Assembly (NCBI GenBank): GCA_041489155.1
Contig: JBGPQP010000019.1
Location: 1-13,357 of the forward strand
Direction of reading: 5' to 3'
DNA length: 13,357 bases
Origin: Candidatus Aenigmatarchaeota archaeon
Lineage (GTDB): Archaea; Aenigmatarchaeota; Aenigmatarchaeia; QMZP01; QMZT01
Positions 1-7,359 of the stretch are shown piece by piece. Made by a program: the position numbers and the translations under genes. Each line of letters opens with the position of its first letter. Position 1 is the first letter of the stretch. The notes under the pieces are model-generated. The model was given only the letters and a program-made list of their open reading frames with translations, was not told where the DNA came from and did no database searches.

Positions 1-2
1 AA

Positions 3-725
3 ATAGGTGTGCAAATTTTGGAAAATCCTATATTTTCACCAGCAAATAGTTTTGCTTTTGTTCCGGATAAAACCACTATTGTAGACGGTGGTGAGAAGAA
101 AGTTGATCTATGTATAGAGAAAAATATAATCGTTGGTAAAGAAATACAATTAGCTCAACAAAATCCAATAAATTGTGCTGGTAAATGGATGCTACCAGAC
201 ACGAAAAATCTTGAAACAAAAATAATTAAAAATATTCTAAAAGAAGAAATTCCAATTAAAGTTAAAGGAACAGGTCATATAGGAGAAAAAGCAACAATAA
301 CTGCAACTTATGAAGGTAAAACAAGCACTTTAAACACAACTGTTGTCCCAGAGCCATCTTTTGGTGGTCCATTTAGAGACATTAGACTATCGGGAAAGGA
401 TACAAAAAAGATTTCTGCTTTTATTGAAGAAGAAGGGATCCTTGAGATATACTACAAGCATTCTTTAATCAAAAAATATATGCGAAAAAACTTTAATAAT
501 AAACTCGATTTTTTAGTATTCGTCGCAGATATTATAACAAGAGAAGCGGTAAAAAGTGCGGTATTATCTGTAATCAAAGAAAGTTCGTCAAGATTTGCTA
601 TATTTAACTTTGACCACCCAGAACCAGAAATTGAAAATTATGTAATCACTGAATATTATGAACAGGGACCAAAAATGCACGAGATGTTCATAAAACTCGC
701 AAGAACATTCAAAATAGAAGAATAA
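3..725 (+). CDS. Hypothetical protein, probably 5'-truncated (C-terminal part of a larger protein, possibly GHKL/HtpG-like ATP-binding protein)
   Basis: The frame is open to the window edge (ATA GGT GTG...) and stops at TAA 723-725. AT-rich codon usage. ILEIYYKHSLIKKY resembles the LEINxxHPLI segment of Hsp90/GHKL C-terminal regions (weak). Confidence 0.7.
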   Translation: MGVQILENPIFSPANSFAFVPDKTTIVDGGEKKVDLCIEKNIIVGKEIQLAQQNPINCAGKWMLPDTKNLETKIIKNILKEEIPIKVKGTGHIGEKATITATYEGKTSTLNTTVVPEPSFGGPFRDIRLSGKDTKKISAFIEEEGILEIYYKHSLIKKYMRKNFNNKLDFLVFVADIITREAVKSAVLSVIKESSSRFAIFNFDHPEPEIENYVITEYYEQGPKMHEMFIKLARTFKIEE

Positions 726-830
726 TCTTAACGGCGGCGGCTTCTAGTTTATCGTCGAAAGAGGTGAGGCTGGCTATTGCGTTGAACAATCATTAAACGA
801 ATTTATTAATCGCCAATCACCTGCACCGGC

Positions 831-883
831 TTTGCCCAATAAGTAGCGTTTGCCTAAAAAGTCGGAATTCTGCCCAAAAAGTC
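831..883 (+). repeat. Three degenerate direct 15-bp repeats (TYTGCCYAAWAAGTM)
   Basis: 831 tttgcccaataagta; 849 tttgcctaaaaagtc; 869 tctgcccaaaaagtc (spacing 18 and 20 bp). Confidence 0.75.
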
Positions 884-941
884 CAATGTTTAAACAAATG
901 TATAAACATAATAATTTAAGCCAAATTTCGAATTCTAAATC

Positions 942-1073
942 ATGAAAGGAACAAATCCCTTCGAAGCCGTAGTAGTGGTAATAGTCGTAATAGTAATTAT
1001 TGCGATTGTTTTTGGCCTTTATTTCCCGCAATTCTGTGCTTCAACAGAAGCTCAAACGTGGCCCTGTAGCTAA
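942..1073 (+). CDS. 43-aa membrane microprotein with a class III (type IV pilin-like) signal peptide
   Basis: Manual translation MKGTNPFEAVVVVIVVIVIIAIVFGLYFPQFCASTEAQTWPCS*: KG| cleavage-like site, Glu at +5, about 20-aa hydrophobic stretch. AT-rich TATA-like elements at 889-920. Absent from the ORF track, probably because it is short. Confidence 0.65.
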   Translation: MKGTNPFEAVVVVIVVIVIIAIVFGLYFPQFCASTEAQTWPCS

Positions 1074-1102
1074 ATCATGCAGGGAAACCGTCCGAGGCTA
1101 AT

Positions 1103-1663
1103 ATGGGTAGGAAAACAACAGGCAAAAAGAAAATTACTGTTTTAGGAATTTCCGAAGAAGTTATTTTAAAGAAACCTAAAAACAAGAACGATTATTACGC
1201 GCAGAAACCTCCACTATCTCGAAATATACAAATGACGGAAAATTTTTTCACTTCGGATTATTTTACAGAAAAGGAAAGAGTGGCTATATTCCTGCACGAA
1301 TATTATCATAAAAATTCGGTCTTTTTAAAAGGAATAACGGTTCTTAACTTCTTGTATATTTCTTCAGCTAGTTCTATTGTAATATACTTTTTTCCTTATA
1401 GTTCTTTTCTTTACAATTTCATTTATATTCTGAGTGTTTTGATTATTGGTTTCATACTATTTTTAGCAATTACTACCCCGTTAAATAGAATAGAGGAGAG
1501 AGGTGCAGACGAATTTTCGGCAAAAAAAATAGATAAAGAAAATTTAATTTCTGCGCTTAAAAAATGTTATGCTATAAACAAGAGAGATGTTTTTTCTGAT
1601 TTTATTTATGATTGTTATCATTATCCAAAGGAAAAAAGATTGAAACATTTATCTTCGTTATAG
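1103..1663 (+). CDS. M48-family (HtpX/Ste24-like) membrane zinc metalloprotease
   Basis: HExxH (AIFLHEYYH), two hydrophobic helices, E-x-x-A-D motif (EERGADEFSA), C-terminal H-x-P-x-x-x-R-like motif (HYPKEKRL). Confidence 0.8.
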   Translation: MGRKTTGKKKITVLGISEEVILKKPKNKNDYYAQKPPLSRNIQMTENFFTSDYFTEKERVAIFLHEYYHKNSVFLKGITVLNFLYISSASSIVIYFFPYSSFLYNFIYILSVLIIGFILFLAITTPLNRIEERGADEFSAKKIDKENLISALKKCYAINKRDVFSDFIYDCYHYPKEKRLKHLSSL

Positions 1664-1692
1664 ATATTATATATTTCAAATGAGGGACAAGG

Positions 1693-2460
1693 ATGAAAAA
1701 CAACAACAATAAAATAAAGCAAGCCGTCCGTAAAAGATACTCGCGCTTCGCCAGAGATGGAACTAGCTGTTGTCCGACCTCGGCTTCTTGCTCTTGCAGT
1801 AACGCTGCCGTCCAAGCGAAGAAGATAGGCTATTCGAAAAAGGAGCTGGGGAAGATACCTAAAGAGGCGGTCATGGGTCTTGGCTGCGGGAATCCGACTG
1901 CGCTGGCCGGGCTTCGGAAGGGCGAGATTGTTCTGGACCTTGGAGCGGGCGCGGGGATCGACGTGTTCCTGGCCGCGGACAAAGTCGGATCGAAAGGCCG
2001 TGTCATAGGGGTTGACATGACGAAGGCGATGGTCGAGAAGGCGAACAGAACGGCGAAGAAGCACGGCTACAAAAACGTCGAATTCAGGCTCGGCGAGATT
2101 GAAAAACTCCCAGTCGAAGACGGCTCTGTCGATGTGATAATAAGCAACTGCGTGATTAATCTCTCCCCAGACAAGCTGCGCACGTACAGGGAAGCCCACA
2201 GGGTGCTGAAGCCGAATGGCAGAATTCTGATTTCTGATTTGGTGACAGAAGGCGAGCTGCCCGAAACAATCAAGAAAAACTTTGACGCCTGGGCGGGCTG
2301 CATAGCCGGCGCGCTGGAGAAAGGGAAATATCTGGACACGATAAAAAAGGCAGGCTTCAGGGACGTGAAAATCGTCTCCCAGAACACATATTCCGAAACC
2401 GGCCAGCATCGTTCGCTGGACGGAAAGATCACAAGCGTGAAAGTGAGCGCGCGCAAATGA
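1693..2460 (+). CDS. arsM: Arsenite S-adenosylmethionine methyltransferase
   Basis: SAM motif VLDLGAGAGID, GVDMT, ArsM cysteines in GLGCGNP, ISNCVINL and AGCIAGA, N-terminal SCC pair. SD-like GAGGG upstream. Confidence 0.93.
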   Translation: MKNNNNKIKQAVRKRYSRFARDGTSCCPTSASCSCSNAAVQAKKIGYSKKELGKIPKEAVMGLGCGNPTALAGLRKGEIVLDLGAGAGIDVFLAADKVGSKGRVIGVDMTKAMVEKANRTAKKHGYKNVEFRLGEIEKLPVEDGSVDVIISNCVINLSPDKLRTYREAHRVLKPNGRILISDLVTEGELPETIKKNFDAWAGCIAGALEKGKYLDTIKKAGFRDVKIVSQNTYSETGQHRSLDGKITSVKVSARK

Positions 2461-2470
2461 TATTGGCGAT

Positions 2471-2512
2471 TCATTCACCGACTAATTGTATAACTATCTC
2501 CCTCTCGCGCGG
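2471..2512 (-). pseudogene. Remnant 3' end of a yjbQ allele (13 codons plus stop)
   Basis: Minus strand reads PREREIVIQLVGE*, versus PREREVVVQIIGE* at the end of intact yjbQ (3185-3226). 33/42 nt identical, with 14 nt perfectly identical (2499-2512 = 3213-3226). Confidence 0.85.
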
Positions 2513-2574
2513 GAGCTTCCTCTCGGCCTTCAGGCTTTCGCTGCCATTTCAGGGGAAAGATGTAGGTGTTTGTG

Positions 2575-3072
2575 CTAGTCTACATCTGCACAGACAACGT
2601 AAATCTCCCACGGGTTCTTGCAGCAGGGCTGGCCTTCTTTACGGCAGTGGCATTCCCAGCCGTTTTGAGTGCCTGATAGCGGTCTTGTCCATAGGATGAA
2701 CTCGTTGTTCATGTTTTCGCAGTAGCACCCTCCGCCCAAGACCTTCTTATCATTTGATGAGCAGTAAACTGTCGTCGAGTTAAACACCTTTACTACTTCA
2801 TAGCCTGATAATCCTGTTGGGCCTGCTGGTCCCTGCGGACCCTGAGATCCCGTGACCCCTGTGTCTCCTTTAAGACCTTGCGGCCCTGCCAACCCCTGCG
2901 GACCCTGAGATCCCGTGACCCCTGTGTCTCCTTTAAGACCTTGCGGCCCTGCCAACCCCTGCGGACCTTGAGATCCTGCTTGTTGCACACATCCACTTAT
3001 CAAAACAACTCCAATTACAAGAGCTGCTAAAAGTGCTGGTGCCGGTAAATTTTTCATGTTCATTTTCATCAT
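2575..3072 (-). CDS. Collagen-like surface lipoprotein with an 8-Cys C-terminal domain
   Basis: Hydrophobic signal peptide ending in lipobox ISGC, about 20 uninterrupted Gly-X-Y triplets, C-terminal domain C..VLGGGCYC..GWECHC..CC..YVVC. G-rich SD-like site at 3083-3090. Confidence 0.85.
   Translation of the reverse strand: MMKMNMKNLPAPALLAALVIGVVLISGCVQQAGSQGPQGLAGPQGLKGDTGVTGSQGPQGLAGPQGLKGDTGVTGSQGPQGPAGPTGLSGYEVVKVFNSTTVYCSSNDKKVLGGGCYCENMNNEFILWTRPLSGTQNGWECHCRKEGQPCCKNPWEIYVVCADVD
2831..2976. repeat. 63-bp intragenic tandem repeat, about 2.3 copies (7 collagen triplets per unit)
   Basis: 2831-2893 and 2894-2956 are identical; the partial third copy 2957-2976 has 1 mismatch. Confidence 0.95.
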
Positions 3073-3184
3073 AATGTTTTAACCCCCCTTTATACATGGT
3101 TTATTCGATTTTTAAATAATTTACGAAATGTTTTGATTTTTAAAGGCGACTCGCAATTCGGGTTATAAAACGAACTTTTATCGT

Positions 3185-3610
3185 CTATTCCCCGATTATT
3201 TGTACCACTACTTCCCTCTCGCGCGGTCTTGTGTCAAAGTCGAGGAGCGCGATTTGCTGCCACGTGCCGAGGAGCAGGCGCTTGTTTTCGAATGGGACTG
3301 TGATGCTTGGCTTCATTAATGTCGCGCGCACGTGTGCGCTGCCGTTGTCGTCGCCCCAGGTTTCATGATGGTCGTATTTCGCGTTCTCTGGAGCGAGCTT
3401 TTCCAGCGTGCGTTTGATGTCTTTTATGAGATTGGGTTCATATTCGAGCGTTGATATGGAAGCGGTCGAGCCTACGACGAATACGCAGGCTATGCCATTC
3501 GCGATTTTCGATTTGTGGAGAATTTCTGCAATTTTGTTTGTGATGTCGACTATGTCTGTCCGGCCCTGGGTGCTTACCCGAATCCTGTGCGTCTCTGTCA
3601 TTGGCGGCAT
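3185..3610 (-). CDS. yjbQ: YjbQ / UPF0047 family protein (secondary thiamine-phosphate synthase)
   Basis: DIVDIT, GSTAS, YDHH..WGDDNGSAHVRA and LLLGTWQQI.LLDFD..PRER signature motifs. Confidence 0.92.
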   Translation of the reverse strand: MPPMTETHRIRVSTQGRTDIVDITNKIAEILHKSKIANGIACVFVVGSTASISTLEYEPNLIKDIKRTLEKLAPENAKYDHHETWGDDNGSAHVRATLMKPSITVPFENKRLLLGTWQQIALLDFDTRPREREVVVQIIGE

Positions 3611-3650
3611 AACATCTGTGAATTAATAGGAAGCAAGGAAATAATAAAAT

Positions 3651-4832
3651 ATGGATTCGCGAAATGAGCGCATGAATGTTGAAAATGCGGTGGATGCGCG
3701 GAAGCGCGAGATGATTTCGCTTCTTTCGAAGCTCATCGCTGCCAACACGTCAAATCCGCCAGGCAACGAATATCTGGCAGCGAATGTTGTGAAAAAGTTC
3801 TTCAGGAAAAACGCCATCAGGTACAAGGCCTTCGAGAAAGCGAAAGGCCGCGCTAACATTATAGGCTACATCGGAGAGGGAAGGCCGCGCCTGATTATTG
3901 CCTGCCACCTCGACACCGTGCCGCCGGGCAAGGGATGGGCGACTGACCCGTTCAAAGCGAAGGTGAAGGGAGGGAAGGTCTACGGCCGCGGAGCGGTCGA
4001 CAACAAGGGCCCTCTCGCCGGGATGCTCATCGCAGGGGCTGTCATGAAGAAGCTCGAGAAACGATTGAAAGGCCAGGTGATACTGGCATGCGTCGCAGAC
4101 GAGGAGCGCGGCTCGAAGCTCGGCATGCAGCATCTTCTGGAAGAAGGGAAGCTGCGCGGCGAATACGCGATTGTCCCGGACATCGAGCATGAACTGAAGA
4201 AAATCGATGTCGCCGAGAAAGGCCTGCTCTTCCTGGAGGTCACGTCCCTCGGCAGACAGGCGCACGGCTCCATGCCGGACCTAGGAGTAAATGCGGTTTG
4301 GAACATGATAGATTTCCTCGGGATTTTCAGGCGCTACAAAATGAAAGCGGGGAAGCATCCGCTGCTGTCCGCGCCTACCATCAACCTGGGAACGATAAAG
4401 GGCGGCGAAGCTCCGAACATCGTCCCGGACGAATGCACTGCGCGCATCGACATCCGCTACCTGCCGTCGCAGAAGGCGGAGGCGATAATAAGCGACGTCA
4501 GGAGGATGCTGGCCGCGGTTGAAAGAAGGAACAGGAAAGCGGAATTCAGGCTTGACGTTATCGATGATCAGAAGCCCGTCGAGGTCGATGGCGATAACGA
4601 GCTCGTCCGCTCGATAAGGAAAAACGTAAGAACTGTGACGAAGCACGACGCGGAGCTCATAGGCATCGCAGGGACGACGCTCGTCAAGCCGCTCGCGGCG
4701 AAAGGCATCAAGGCAGTCGGCTTCTCGCCGGGCGAGGGCCTCGCGCACACCTCGAACGAGAACATCTCGGTCAGCGAGCTTTCAGCCTTCGCAAAAATCC
4801 TCTGTCTCGTATGCCTCGACCTGCTGAGCTAA
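3651..4832 (+). CDS. M20-family metallopeptidase/deacylase (ArgE/DapE-like)
   Basis: NPPGNE, HLDTVP, GRGAVDNKG, DEERG, HGSMP..GVNA, PNIVP and AHTSNE motifs. Start may instead be ATG 3672. Confidence 0.92.
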   Translation: MDSRNERMNVENAVDARKREMISLLSKLIAANTSNPPGNEYLAANVVKKFFRKNAIRYKAFEKAKGRANIIGYIGEGRPRLIIACHLDTVPPGKGWATDPFKAKVKGGKVYGRGAVDNKGPLAGMLIAGAVMKKLEKRLKGQVILACVADEERGSKLGMQHLLEEGKLRGEYAIVPDIEHELKKIDVAEKGLLFLEVTSLGRQAHGSMPDLGVNAVWNMIDFLGIFRRYKMKAGKHPLLSAPTINLGTIKGGEAPNIVPDECTARIDIRYLPSQKAEAIISDVRRMLAAVERRNRKAEFRLDVIDDQKPVEVDGDNELVRSIRKNVRTVTKHDAELIGIAGTTLVKPLAAKGIKAVGFSPGEGLAHTSNENISVSELSAFAKILCLVCLDLLS

Positions 4833-4882
4833 AGGGATGGAGGGGTTAGCTTTATTAGCAACAATCAACAACATGTCAAAAA

Positions 4883-5473
4883 ATGATTCCTATGAAAATA
4901 CTTTGCGTTTCCGATTACCACAGGGACAAGGTCATCGCCGACAAGGTTGAGAAACTGGCGGCGAAGGAAAAGGTAGACGTTATTGTAAATGCCGGCGACT
5001 TCCTGTCGGAGGAATTCGCCAGGAAGGTTCTCGAGAACACGCAGTTCCGCACGTTCGTGGTGTGCGGCAACTGGGACCGCGAGCTGAAGGTGAGGAACAA
5101 GAAGGTTTCGTTTCTTATAAATCAAATTGTCGCATACAAGGGCTTCCACTTCCTCGGCGTCGACTGGGGCCATTACAGCGAGATAAAGAAGCTGGCGAAA
5201 GGCGTCGCATCCGACAAGCTTATTGTCATAAGCCACGACCCGCCCTACGACATCCTCGACGTCAGCTACTTCGGCAGCAACGCGGGCATGCCGGAACTGA
5301 GGGAAGCGATGGAGAACATAAAGCCTGCGATGCACGTCTTCGGCCACATACACGAATCCGCCGGCTTCATGATGCACAGGGGTACGCTTTATGTAAACGC
5401 GGCGCTGCCCGAATTCAGGAAAGCGGCGGTAGTCGAGCTGCCGCAAAAGAAGATAAAGGTTTTTGACGTCTGA
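4883..5473 (+). CDS. Calcineurin-like metallophosphoesterase
   Basis: SDYH, AGDF, GNWD, SHDPP and GHIHE motifs. Start may be ATG 4892 (MKILCVSD). Confidence 0.9.
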   Translation: MIPMKILCVSDYHRDKVIADKVEKLAAKEKVDVIVNAGDFLSEEFARKVLENTQFRTFVVCGNWDRELKVRNKKVSFLINQIVAYKGFHFLGVDWGHYSEIKKLAKGVASDKLIVISHDPPYDILDVSYFGSNAGMPELREAMENIKPAMHVFGHIHESAGFMMHRGTLYVNAALPEFRKAAVVELPQKKIKVFDV

Positions 5474-5666
5474 TTCCGAGCGCATCGAACCCACCGTCAG
5501 GTTTTTAAATAACGTTCATCATATTACGATAAAGTGATGTTATGTCCGGAATGATAAATTATTGGAAGAAGCGGATGGTTTTTGCTAGGCATAACGCGAT
5601 TTTTCATTGCACCGGCTTTTAATCGCGAACGCAGCTAGGGATTGCGTCCGCGTCATGGTGATTGTG

Positions 5667-5927
5667 ATGAGTCCAGAAAGCGAAATCGAGATAAAGGACA
5701 TGGAAGAGAAGGTAAGGAAGGTCGTACGGGAGGTCCTGAAAGAGGTCGACTTCGACCTAGAGGATCTCCTTGACAGCGGCAGGGATGAGCTGGAAGACCT
5801 GATAATGGAAGTAGTGCTTTCGCTTTTCGAGGACGACGACATCCCCTTCATCGAGCTGAGCCGCGCGGTTGAGGAAGACGATGTGGAAGCGCTGAAAGAC
5901 GATGACGGGAATTTCATGCTGAACTGA
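5667..5927 (+). CDS. Small, highly acidic hypothetical protein (86 aa)
   Basis: SD-like GGTGAT at 5657-5662 before ATG 5667. Codon usage like neighbouring genes. 31 D/E versus 9 K/R. Confidence 0.75.
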   Translation: MSPESEIEIKDMEEKVRKVVREVLKEVDFDLEDLLDSGRDELEDLIMEVVLSLFEDDDIPFIELSRAVEEDDVEALKDDDGNFMLN

Positions 5928-5997
5928 GGCGCCATGACTGAAATTAAATAACAGCTAAAACAAAATAATAATAAAGTGCTTGACATAGGCGATAAAA

Positions 5998-7290
5998 ATG
6001 CCAGAAAAAATAGAACTGATGAATGCGAGAGGAGTGAGGGACTTTTTGCCAGAGGAAGCGCTGGCGAGACAAAGAGCGATGGACACGATGCGCTCGGTCT
6101 TCGAGGCATACGGGTATTCGCCGCTCGAGACGCCGGCGATTGAAAGGAAGGACGTGCTCACCGCGAAGTTCGCAGGCGGCGCGGAGATAATGAACGAGAT
6201 ATTCAAGGTCGAGGACCAGGGCGGACGAGAACTCGCCTTGCGCTATGATTTGACCGTGCCGCTTTCGAAGGTCATGGGCATGAACCCCAATCTTCCGAAG
6301 CCTTTCAAGCGCTACCAGATGCAGCCAGTCTGGCGCGATGGTCCGGTGAAACTCGGCCGCTTCAGGGAGTTCATGCAGTGCGACGCGGACATCGTGGGAA
6401 CGAAATCGATGCTGGCCGACGCGGAGATTCTTGCGATTGCTGCCGAAATCTTCGAGAGGCTGGGCCTGAGCATTGTGATAAAGGTCAACAACCGCAAGCT
6501 CATGAACGGCATCCTCGATTACGCGGGCATAAAGGAAAAGAAGATGGAGGCTATCCTGGCGATAGACAAGCTGGAGAAGTTCGGAGCAGAAGCAGTGGAG
6601 AAAGAGCTCGCCGACAAGGGCATCGGCAAAAAGGAGACTGAGGCTGTGCTGAAGGTCATGTCAATCAAGGGCAGGAACGATGAAATCCTCGAAAAGCTTG
6701 GGACGATGCTGAAGTCGGATGAGGGGAAGGAGGGAGCGAAAGAGCTGAAAGAGCTGCTCGGATATTGCGAAGCGATGGACATTGATGTAAAACTCGATGT
6801 CTCGCTGGCGAGAGGGCTGGAGTATTACACGGGGCCGGTCTACGAGGTTTTCCTTAAGAGTTCGAAGATCACGTCGTCCGTCGCAGGCGGCGGACGCTAC
6901 GACAAGATGATAGGCATGTTTATAGGACGCGGGGAATACCCGGCGACAGGGATTTCCTTCGGCGTCGAGCCGATTTTCGAGGCGCTGAAAGAAAAGGGAA
7001 GCGCCGCTCCCAAAACGAACACGCAGGTCCTCGTCATTCCCATAGGCACGCTCAAAGAAGCGCTGCCGATAGCCAGGAAGCTCAGGGACCAGGGCATAAG
7101 GACCGAAATAGACATCATGGACCGCGGCATTTCGGCGAATCTCAATTACGCCAATTCGCTCGGCATTCCTTACGTCGTGTTCTTCGGCAACGAGGAGATG
7201 AAGCATGGCAAGGTCAAGCTGCGCGACATGAAATCAGGCAAGGAAAAGCTTATAGAAGCCGAAAAGGCAGGCCAGGAAATCACTGACTAA
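5998..7290 (+). CDS. hisS: Histidine--tRNA ligase
   Basis: RGVRDFLP, LRYDLTVP, WRDGPVKLGRFREFMQCDADIVG, LARGLEYYTG, GGGRYD and a C-terminal anticodon-binding domain. Confidence 0.98.
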   Translation: MPEKIELMNARGVRDFLPEEALARQRAMDTMRSVFEAYGYSPLETPAIERKDVLTAKFAGGAEIMNEIFKVEDQGGRELALRYDLTVPLSKVMGMNPNLPKPFKRYQMQPVWRDGPVKLGRFREFMQCDADIVGTKSMLADAEILAIAAEIFERLGLSIVIKVNNRKLMNGILDYAGIKEKKMEAILAIDKLEKFGAEAVEKELADKGIGKKETEAVLKVMSIKGRNDEILEKLGTMLKSDEGKEGAKELKELLGYCEAMDIDVKLDVSLARGLEYYTGPVYEVFLKSSKITSSVAGGGRYDKMIGMFIGRGEYPATGISFGVEPIFEALKEKGSAAPKTNTQVLVIPIGTLKEALPIARKLRDQGIRTEIDIMDRGISANLNYANSLGIPYVVFFGNEEMKHGKVKLRDMKSGKEKLIEAEKAGQEITD

Positions 7291-7359
7291 TGTTTTTAAA
7301 CCCGGCTTCACAATAAAAAAAGATAGCTGCTGGTTATAGTACAAAAAGAGGTTGATAAA

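Noticed and set aside
726..787. attC-like integron site after ORF1 (TCTTAAC ... GTTGAAC)
   Set aside because: The R'' box is imperfect, there are no complementary L boxes, pairing relies on top-strand G-T pairs, and no second site or integrase is visible.
774..1031. 85-aa minus-strand ORF
   Set aside because: Its low-complexity Asn/Tyr run is the antisense of the Val/Ile codons of the 942-1073 gene, which has a more coherent protein signature.
1621..2478. Long antisense/overlapping ORFs (e.g. 1621-2478, 4865-5494, 5585-6109, 8598-9125, 11868-12419, 12801-13286)
   Set aside because: They are shadow frames of well-supported genes in GC-rich coding DNA and have no motifs of their own.
2458..2493. 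Selenocysteine or readthrough at the arsM TGA
   Set aside because: The protein is already complete, the extension is short and featureless, and the downstream DNA is explained by the yjbQ remnant.
2831..2976. Possible CRISPR array
   Set aside because: The repeats are contiguous with no spacers and lie in frame within a collagen coding region.
822..5619. 12-bp match tgcaccggcttt at 822-833 and 5608-5619
   Set aside because: Several 12-mer matches are expected by chance in 13 kb, and the similarity does not extend.
5542..5622. 26-aa ORF MSGMINYWKKRMVFARHNAIFHCTGF with upstream TATA-like and GTGAT elements
   Set aside because: No recognisable motif and too short to support; the promoter-like signals may serve the 5667 gene.
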